Under the pieces are notes generated by a model that saw only the letters and a program-made list of their open reading frames with translations, ran no database searches and was not told the origin of the DNA. This document shows, piece by piece, positions 1-4,472 of a DNA stretch of 5,486 bases. The position numbers and the translations under genes are program-made. The DNA is from Enterobacteria phage ID18: the sequence record NC_007856.1; one strand, written 5' to 3'. Numbering within the stretch: position 1 is the stretch's first letter; each line of letters begins with the position of its first letter.

Positions 1-3
1 TGT

Positions 4-30
4 TTGACTAACTATCTCTTCACTTAACAT
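4..30 (+). promoter_or_regulatory. Candidate promoter pA (gene A promoter) in the H-A intergenic region
   Basis: -35-like TTGACT at 4-9; weak -10-like TAACAT at 25-30 with a 15-nt spacer. Position matches where phiX174 carries a TTGACA-containing promoter just upstream of the gene A hairpin. The -10 is poor, so the call is tentative. Confidence 0.3.
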
Positions 31-56
31 GCCTCCAAATCAACGGAGGCTTTTCT
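31..56 (+). terminator. GC-rich hairpin (GCCTCC / 8-nt loop / GGAGGC) followed by a TTTTCT run; candidate intrinsic terminator that also contains the gene A Shine-Dalgarno
   Basis: Seen directly: 31-36 GCCTCC pairs perfectly with 45-50 GGAGGC (6-bp stem, loop 37-44), followed by TTTTCT at 51-56. As I recall it, phiX174 has a near-identical GCCTCCAAATCTTGGAGGC-TTTTTT element immediately before the A start codon. Confidence 0.5.
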
Positions 57-58
57 AC

Positions 59-1729
59 ATGCAACAACACTTAACCGCTTCGGACTTCTACCGCAAACCA
101 ATAATCGACGCTATCAAACCTCTTGTCGAAACTGCTGGTATGTCTGTGCTAACTCAATCTCCTAACCTCCGTATCTGGAAACAGTGCAACACTCGCGTAA
201 AACTGCTGGAAGAAATTCTAAATCATTACACTAACGGTATTCGCCGTGATGATAATGGTGACTTCTTTCTCAACCCTGAATGCCAACTCGCCACTACAAT
301 TGCTTATCGTGCTCACAAAAAGGGCCATAACCCTCGCTTTAAACAATACCCTGAGTCATTCACTCTGGACGATATTATTACTGGCAAACCAATTCCTCAG
401 ACTGCCCCTTCTGAGCTTCAACTTACTGATGAAATCGGTGAGGATTACCGCCTTACTGTACTCTCCATAATCGAAGAGTTAGACGAATGCTACAACGTGC
501 TCGGACAACTTGATATTAATAACACTATAGACCACAAACCTATCGGTAACGCCAAATGGGACTTAATGTATGAAAAACCTGTCTATAAACACTGGTATGA
601 ACTGGTATCAAAACGACCCCTTAAATCAATCAGAGAGGACTACAACTATGCAAAGGCTAAGGGTACTAAAGATGAGTGCTCGAAAATCCTTGAGGAATCC
701 ACCATGAAATCCCGCCGTGGCTTTACCGTTCAGAGATTGATGAATGCTATGCGTACTGCCCACACTGATGGCTGGTATGTTGTATTCGATACTCTCACCT
801 TAGCTGATGATCGTATTAAGGACTTCTATGCTAACCCCAATGCTCTTCGTGACTATTTCCGTGATATTGGCCGTATGGTTCTCACTGCCGAGGGTCGTTC
901 GGTCCATGATTCATCTTCGGACTGCTATCAGTACTTTTGTGTGCCTGAGTATGGCACCCAGCATGGCCGTTTACACTTTCACGCAGTGCATCTTATGCGC
1001 ACACTTCCTTTGGGTTCTCTCGACCCTAACTTTGGTAAGCTGGTGCGTACTAATCGGCAAATAAATAGCTTGCAAAACACATGGCCTTATGGTTACTCTA
1101 TGCCCATCGCAGTCCGGTATTCTCAGGATGCTTTCTCTCGCGCTGGATGGCTCTGGCCTGTCGATACAAAGGGTGAACCCCTTAAATCCACCTCGTATAT
1201 GGCTGTAGGCTTCTACGTTGCTAAATACGTTAATAAAAAATCTGATGTTGACATAGCCGCAAAAGGCTTAGGGAATCAAAAATGGAACGCTACATTAAAA
1301 ACGCAGATGGCTCTTTTACCAAAGAAACTATTTCGAATTCGAATGAGCCGCAACTTCGGGATGAAACTACTCCCAATGACGACGCTGACCGCGGAGTGTT
1401 TAATCCAACTGACCCAAGTGGGTTACGACGTGACCCCGTTCAACAACATCTTGAAGCAGAACGCCAAGAAAGAGCTACGATTGAGGCTGGCAAAGCAATC
1501 TGTAGCCGACGTTTTGGAGGCGCAACCTGTGACGACCAATCTGCTAAAATTCATGCGCAATTTGACCCGAACAATCGGAGCGTCCAGCCTACAGAGTTTT
1601 ATCGCTTCAATGACGCAGAAATTAGCAAATACGGATATTTCTGATGAAACTAAAAACTACGTTACTAATGCAGGAATTGCTGTTGCTGACTTACGACTTA
1701 AATCGAAGTGGACTGCTGGTGGAAAATGA
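59..1729 (+). CDS. A: Replication initiation protein A (rolling-circle HUH endonuclease; viral-strand nickase/ligase)
   Basis: Long ORF (frame 2) strongly similar along its C-terminal two thirds to phiX174 protein A as recalled. HUH motif HFHAVH is encoded at about 974-991 and the catalytic YVAKY tyrosines at 1214-1228. Start placed at ATG 59, which has a GGAGG Shine-Dalgarno at 45-49 with 9-nt spacing; the track's ATG at 29 has none. Stop TGA at 1727-1729. Confidence 0.85.
   Translation: MQQHLTASDFYRKPIIDAIKPLVETAGMSVLTQSPNLRIWKQCNTRVKLLEEILNHYTNGIRRDDNGDFFLNPECQLATTIAYRAHKKGHNPRFKQYPESFTLDDIITGKPIPQTAPSELQLTDEIGEDYRLTVLSIIEELDECYNVLGQLDINNTIDHKPIGNAKWDLMYEKPVYKHWYELVSKRPLKSIREDYNYAKAKGTKDECSKILEESTMKSRRGFTVQRLMNAMRTAHTDGWYVVFDTLTLADDRIKDFYANPNALRDYFRDIGRMVLTAEGRSVHDSSSDCYQYFCVPEYGTQHGRLHFHAVHLMRTLPLGSLDPNFGKLVRTNRQINSLQNTWPYGYSMPIAVRYSQDAFSRAGWLWPVDTKGEPLKSTSYMAVGFYVAKYVNKKSDVDIAAKGLGNQKWNATLKTQMALLPKKLFRIRMSRNFGMKLLPMTTLTAECLIQLTQVGYDVTPFNNILKQNAKKELRLRLAKQSVADVLEAQPVTTNLLKFMRNLTRTIGASSLQSFIASMTQKLANTDISDETKNYVTNAGIAVADLRLKSKWTAGGK
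506..535 (+). other. Viral (+) strand origin of rolling-circle replication (30-nt ori core, protein A nick site)
   Basis: Sequence CAACTTGATATTAATAACACTATAGACCAC is identical to the conserved phiX174/G4 origin 30-mer as recalled. Protein A is expected to nick between G512 and A513. It lies inside gene A, as in all phiX-like phages. Confidence 0.85.
704..1729 (+). CDS. A*: Protein A* (in-frame internal initiation product of gene A; 341 aa)
   Basis: In-frame ATG at 704 encoding MKSRRGF..., the same N-terminus as phiX174 A*, preceded by GAGG at 692-695. The predicted length of 341 aa equals the phiX174 A* length as recalled. Expression is inferred by homology. Confidence 0.65.
   Translation: MKSRRGFTVQRLMNAMRTAHTDGWYVVFDTLTLADDRIKDFYANPNALRDYFRDIGRMVLTAEGRSVHDSSSDCYQYFCVPEYGTQHGRLHFHAVHLMRTLPLGSLDPNFGKLVRTNRQINSLQNTWPYGYSMPIAVRYSQDAFSRAGWLWPVDTKGEPLKSTSYMAVGFYVAKYVNKKSDVDIAAKGLGNQKWNATLKTQMALLPKKLFRIRMSRNFGMKLLPMTTLTAECLIQLTQVGYDVTPFNNILKQNAKKELRLRLAKQSVADVLEAQPVTTNLLKFMRNLTRTIGASSLQSFIASMTQKLANTDISDETKNYVTNAGIAVADLRLKSKWTAGGK
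1070..1099 (+). promoter_or_regulatory. Candidate promoter pB (inside gene A, upstream of gene B)
   Basis: -35-like TTGCAA at 1070-1075 and a weak -10-like TACTCT at 1094-1099 (18-nt spacer), about 180 nt upstream of the B start. Position and sequence resemble the phiX174 region TTGCAAAATACGTGGCCTTATGGTTACAGT. Weak -10, so low confidence. Confidence 0.3.
1282..1644 (+). CDS. B: Internal scaffolding protein B (120 aa), encoded entirely within gene A in a different frame
   Basis: 120-aa ORF in frame 1 nested in A. The product has the conserved [20 protein letters not shown] and EFYRF...GYF C-terminal motifs of phiX174 protein B. Stop TGA at 1642-1644. Confidence 0.9.
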   Translation: MERYIKNADGSFTKETISNSNEPQLRDETTPNDDADRGVFNPTDPSGLRRDPVQQHLEAERQERATIEAGKAICSRRFGGATCDDQSAKIHAQFDPNNRSVQPTEFYRFNDAEISKYGYF

Positions 1730-1814
1730 AGAACTTCAATCTCAACTTAAAGAACTCGAGGGCGTCTTACTTCGCAACCTTTCGCCATCATCTCAACGTG
1801 GTAGCAAAGACTGA
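1644..1814 (+). CDS. K: Protein K (56 aa; small membrane-associated protein modulating burst size)
   Basis: Not in the ORF track (short). ATG at 1644-1646 overlaps the B stop (TGATG). Hand translation gives [56 protein letters not shown] (56 aa), closely matching phiX174 K (QELLLLVYELNRSGLLAENE). Frame 0, overlapping the end of A and the start of C; stop TGA at 1812-1814. Confidence 0.8.
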   Translation: MKLKTTLLMQELLLLTYDLNRSGLLVENEELQSQLKELEGVLLRNLSPSSQRGSKD

Positions 1815-1995
1815 CGCGCTTGATGAAGAAAAATGGCTCAATATGATGGGCGCTCTTCTTAAGGACTGGTTCCGCTATGAACAACATTTCGTACATGGCA
1901 AAGAATCAATGCTTGACATTCTAAATGAACGTGGCCTATTATCCACCTTGCCAAATGGCTTAACTTACAAAGGAATCAAAAATGAAAGCAAATGA
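1726..1995 (+). CDS. C: Protein C (89 aa; switches stage II to stage III DNA synthesis and assists ssDNA packaging)
   Basis: ATG at 1726-1728 overlaps the A stop TGA at 1727-1729 (ATGA). The product [21 protein letters not shown]...[13 protein letters not shown]...[13 protein letters not shown] matches phiX174 protein C. The track ORF 1708..1995 begins at an upstream GTG and is probably over-extended. Confidence 0.85.
   Translation: MKNFNLNLKNSRASYFATFRHHLNVVAKTDALDEEKWLNMMGALLKDWFRYEQHFVHGKESMLDILNERGLLSTLPNGLTYKGIKNESK
1913..1942 (+). promoter_or_regulatory. Candidate promoter pD (inside gene C, driving D-E-J-F-G-H)
   Basis: Perfect -35 TTGACA at 1913-1918 and -10 TATTAT at 1937-1942 with an 18-nt spacer, about 40 nt upstream of the D start. 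The homologous phiX174 sequence GCTTGACATTTTAAAAGAGCGTGGATTACTATC is the known pD location. Confidence 0.55.
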
Positions 1996-2443
1996 GAACG
2001 CAGTAGCCTTTCAAACCGCTATTGCCTCCATCAAACTTATTCAGGCATCTTCTGTTCTTGACCTGACTGAGGACGATTTCGAATTCTTAACTCGTGACCG
2101 TGTATGGATTGCAACTGACCGCTCCCGTGCTCGCCGCGCTATTGAGGCTTGCGTTTATGGAACTCTGGACTTTGTGGGATACCCTCGCTTTCCTGCTCCT
2201 ATTGAGTTTATTGCTGCCGTCATTGCTTATTATGTTCATCCCGTTAACATTCAAACGGCATGTCTTATTATGGAAGGCGCTGAATTCACCGAAAACATCA
2301 TTAATGGTGTCGATGCCCCGGTTAAAGCCGCTGAACTCTTCGCGTTTACCTTGCGTGTACGCGCCGGAAACACTGAGCTTATTACTTACGCAGAAAACAA
2401 TGCGCGTGAAAAACTGCGCGCTCAAGGAGTGATGGATGTCTAA
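1982..2443 (+). CDS. D: External scaffolding protein D (153 aa)
   Basis: ORF with AAGGA at 1970-1974 about 7 nt before the ATG. The product is nearly collinear with phiX174 protein D (FQTAIASIKLIQAS..VLDLTEDDF, YGTLDFVGYPRFPAP, IAAVIAYYVHPVNIQTACLIMEGAEFTENIINGV). The start overlaps the C stop at 1993-1995. Confidence 0.92.
   Translation: MKANENAVAFQTAIASIKLIQASSVLDLTEDDFEFLTRDRVWIATDRSRARRAIEACVYGTLDFVGYPRFPAPIEFIAAVIAYYVHPVNIQTACLIMEGAEFTENIINGVDAPVKAAELFAFTLRVRAGNTELITYAENNAREKLRAQGVMDV
2157..2432 (+). CDS. E: Lysis protein E (91 aa; single-gene lysis, MraY inhibitor), nested in gene D in the +1 frame
   Basis: ATG at 2157 with GAGG at 2144-2147. The product MELWTLWDTLAFLLLLSLLLPSLLIMFIP... 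has the hydrophobic N-terminal transmembrane segment with the conserved Pro21 and the ...RLPCVYA... C-terminal region of phiX174 E. The track ORF starts at an upstream GTG (2094) and is over-extended. Confidence 0.85.
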   Translation: MELWTLWDTLAFLLLLSLLLPSLLIMFIPLTFKRHVLLWKALNSPKTSLMVSMPRLKPLNSSRLPCVYAPETLSLLLTQKTMRVKNCALKE

Positions 2444-2516
2444 AAAATCTATTCGCCGCTCTGGTGGCAAATCTAAAGGTGCTCGCCTCTGGTATGTTGG
2501 CGGCACACAATTCTAA
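2436..2516 (+). CDS. J: DNA-binding/packaging protein J (26 aa; small basic core protein)
   Basis: Not in the ORF track (short). AGGAG at 2425-2429, 6 nt before ATG 2436. Hand translation gives MSKKSIRRSGGKSKGARLWYVGGTQF (26 aa), highly basic with the C-terminus GARLWYVGG.QF shared with phiX174 J. The short length is G4-like (phiX174 J is 38 aa). Stop TAA at 2514-2516. Confidence 0.8.
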   Translation: MSKKSIRRSGGKSKGARLWYVGGTQF

Positions 2517-2522
2517 TCTCTA

Positions 2523-2544
2523 AGGGGCTTCGGCCCCTCTATTT
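2523..2544 (+). terminator. J-F intergenic hairpin AGGGGC-TTCG-GCCCCT followed by CTATTT; candidate intrinsic terminator / mRNA-stabilising stem-loop
   Basis: Perfect 6-bp GC-rich stem (2523-2528 with 2533-2538) closed by a TTCG (UUCG-type) tetraloop, followed by a T-containing tail. The analogous position in phiX174 carries the post-J terminator. Confidence 0.55.
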
Positions 2545-2555
2545 AAGGATACAAA

Positions 2556-3836
2556 ATGTCTAACGTACAAACTTCCGCTGAACGTATTCCGCATGACCTC
2601 TCACATCTGGTATTCGAAGCTGGTAAAATCGGACGCCTTAAAACTATCTCCTGGACTCCTGTTGTCGCTGGTGATTCTTACGAAACTGAAATGGTAGGCG
2701 CTATTCGTCTTTCTCCTCTCCGTCGTGGTCTGGCTGTCGACTCTCGCGTCGACGTCTTTACTTTCTATATCCCTCATCGTCATGTCTATGGTCAACAATG
2801 GATTGACTTTATGAAGACTGGCGTTAACGCTACTCCTCTGGCTCCGGTAACTTGTTCCTCTGGCTGGGATTCTGCTGCCTATCTTGGCACTATCCCGTCA
2901 ACTAATTTGAAGGTTCCTAAATTCCTTCATCAATCTTATCTCAATATTTACAACAACTACTTTAAGCCGCCGTGGTCTAATGACCTCACCTATGCTAACC
3001 CATCTAATATGCCCGCTGAGGATTACAAATGGGGCGTTCGTGTCGCTAACTTAAAATCTATCTGGACCGCGCCCCTTCCTCCTGATTCATTAACTAAGCA
3101 GGATATGACTACTGGCGCTACCACTATCGATATTATGGGCCTACAAGCTGCCTATGCTAAACTCCACACTGAACAGGAACGTGACTATTTCATGACTCGC
3201 TACCGCGATATTATGAAAGACTTTGGCGGTCACACCTCCTACGACGGTGATAACCGTCCTCTGCTCCTGATGCGCTCTGAATTTTGGGCCTCTGGCTATG
3301 ACGTCGACGGTACTGACCAAACTTCATTGGGTCAGTTCTCTGGTCGCGTCCAACAAACCTTTAATCATAAAGTGCCTCGCTTCTATGTTCCTGAGCATGG
3401 CGTAATTATGACTTTATCTGTTACTCGCTTCCCTCCTACTCACGAAATGGAAATGCACTATCTCGTCGGTAAGGAATCTCTGACTTATACTGACATTGCC
3501 TGTGACCCTGCTCTTATGGCTAACCTGCCTCCGCGTGAAATTGAGGTAAAAGACCTCTTTCACTCTGCTGGTACTGGTAAATTCAAAATTGCCGAAGGTC
3601 AATGGTATCGTACTCAGCCTGACCGCGTTGCCTTCCCTTATAACGCTCTTGACGGCTTCCCTTTCTATTCTGAACTGCCGTCTAATGATATTCTCGAACG
3701 TGTACTTGTTCGAACTGATAACTATGATGAAATCTTCCAGTCTATGCAACTTGCACACTGGAACATGCAAACTAAATTTAACACTACTGTATATCGTCAT
3801 ATGCCTACCACTCGTGATGGCATCATGACGTCATAA
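2556..3836 (+). CDS. F: Major capsid protein F (426 aa)
   Basis: AAGGA at 2545-2549, 6 nt before the ATG. The product is collinear with phiX174 F along its full length (MSN.QT.AER.PHDLSHL, RLSPLRRGLA.DS, IDIMGLQAAYA.LHT.QERDYFM.RY, GTDQTSLGQFSGRVQQT, LPPREI, FKIAEGQWYR, TTRD.IMTS). Confidence 0.95.
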   Translation: MSNVQTSAERIPHDLSHLVFEAGKIGRLKTISWTPVVAGDSYETEMVGAIRLSPLRRGLAVDSRVDVFTFYIPHRHVYGQQWIDFMKTGVNATPLAPVTCSSGWDSAAYLGTIPSTNLKVPKFLHQSYLNIYNNYFKPPWSNDLTYANPSNMPAEDYKWGVRVANLKSIWTAPLPPDSLTKQDMTTGATTIDIMGLQAAYAKLHTEQERDYFMTRYRDIMKDFGGHTSYDGDNRPLLLMRSEFWASGYDVDGTDQTSLGQFSGRVQQTFNHKVPRFYVPEHGVIMTLSVTRFPPTHEMEMHYLVGKESLTYTDIACDPALMANLPPREIEVKDLFHSAGTGKFKIAEGQWYRTQPDRVAFPYNALDGFPFYSELPSNDILERVLVRTDNYDEIFQSMQLAHWNMQTKFNTTVYRHMPTTRDGIMTS

Positions 3837-3845
3837 AACAAAACG

Positions 3846-3881
3846 TTGAACGGGTACAAATTTTAATTTGTGCCTGTTCAA
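3846..3881 (+). other. F-G intergenic imperfect hairpin (about 13-bp stem including G-T/G-U wobble pairs, AT-rich loop)
   Basis: 3846-3858 (TTGAACGGGTACA) pairs with 3869-3881 (TGTGCCTGTTCAA) around the loop AATTTTAATT. It sits in the 92-nt F-G untranslated region, which in phiX-like phages holds the post-F terminator and complementary-strand priming signals. Confidence 0.4.
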
Positions 3882-3928
3882 GGTTGAACAAGCGAAGCGC
3901 GTTAGCTAACTTACTTAAGGAAATTCTC

Positions 3929-4462
3929 ATGTTTCAAACTTATCTCTCTAAACATAATTCTCCGTTAACTTCTCTGTCTATTACTGCTACAAAAACACCT
4001 GCGGCTGCTGCTCCGATTATTTCTACACCGGAGCTTAGCCGCTCTACTATTTTCGCTGGCTTAACTCTGACTGCTGCCACTACTCATTCTGGTGTCGCTC
4101 ATGTCGTTCGTATTGACGAAACCAATCCTACTGACAATCAGGTCTTATCGGTCGCCGCTTCTTTATCTGGCGTACCGTCTGATGCTATTGCTATTGCTAT
4201 TCGCTTTGAGGTCGCTGACGGTACCGTCCCTACTGCTCTCCCTGCTCTCTACTCTGCTTATCCGGTGGAATTCTTCACTTCTGGCGCTGCTCTGTCTTGT
4301 AAGGATGCCGTATCTATTCCGACGCATCCTGTTACTGCTGGTAATGATGTATATGCTGGTATTCTTATCTGGTCCAAATCTTGGTCCGCTGGTGTCGTCT
4401 CCGGCCTCTTATCTGTTAATCAGGTAAACCGTGAAACTACCGTACTCCAACCTCTTAAATAA
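3929..4462 (+). CDS. G: Major spike protein G (177 aa)
   Basis: ATG at 3929 preceded by TAAGGA at 3916-3921. The product begins MFQTYLSKHNS (phiX174 G begins MFQTFISRHNS) and ends ...SLNQVNRETTVLQPLK (phiX174 ...SLNQVIKEIICLQPLK). The track ORF starts at an upstream TTG (3884) and is over-extended. Confidence 0.88.
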   Translation: MFQTYLSKHNSPLTSLSITATKTPAAAAPIISTPELSRSTIFAGLTLTAATTHSGVAHVVRIDETNPTDNQVLSVAASLSGVPSDAIAIAIRFEVADGTVPTALPALYSAYPVEFFTSGAALSCKDAVSIPTHPVTAGNDVYAGILIWSKSWSAGVVSGLLSVNQVNRETTVLQPLK

Positions 4463-4472
4463 GGTCTAATCT

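Noticed and set aside
246-470. Plus-strand ORF (74 aa) nested out of frame within gene A
   Set aside because: Out-of-frame ORF inside A with a low-complexity, Leu-rich translation typical of off-frame reading of T-rich sequence; it corresponds to no known microvirus gene (B lies further downstream).
807-1064. Plus-strand ORF (85 aa) nested out of frame within gene A
   Set aside because: Hydrophobic off-frame translation with no homolog in phiX-like phages. A nested gene cannot be fully excluded, but the known nested gene B is elsewhere (1282-1644).
1708-1725. Track's GTG start for gene C at 1708
   Set aside because: The conserved C N-terminus begins at ATG 1726, which overlaps the A stop exactly as in phiX174; the upstream GTG codons lie inside the A/K overlap and are probably not the initiator.
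2094-2156. Track's GTG start for gene E at 2094
   Set aside because: Homology to E begins at the internal ATG 2157, which has its own GAGG Shine-Dalgarno; the 21 upstream residues have no counterpart in E proteins.
2087-2506. Minus-strand ORF (139 aa) antisense to D, E and J
   Set aside because: In phiX-like Microviridae all genes lie on the viral (+) strand. The ORF is fully antisense to well-supported genes, has no recognisable product, and is likely a by-product of biased codon usage on the sense strand.
2601-2798. Minus-strand ORF (65 aa) antisense to F
   Set aside because: Antisense to the highly conserved capsid gene, short, and no recognisable product.
3414-3800. Minus-strand ORF (128 aa) antisense to F
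   Set aside because: Same reasoning: antisense to F, no ribosome-binding site or homology support.
3589-3828. Plus-strand ORF (79 aa) nested out of frame within F
   Set aside because: Off-frame ORF within the capsid gene, Leu/Ser-rich low-complexity product, no known counterpart.
3884-3928. Track's TTG start for gene G at 3884
   Set aside because: Homology to G begins at ATG 3929 (MFQTY...), preceded by a TAAGGA Shine-Dalgarno; the upstream segment is the F-G intergenic region.
4092-4427. Plus-strand ORF (111 aa) nested out of frame within G
   Set aside because: Off-frame, Leu-rich low-complexity product inside G; no known counterpart.
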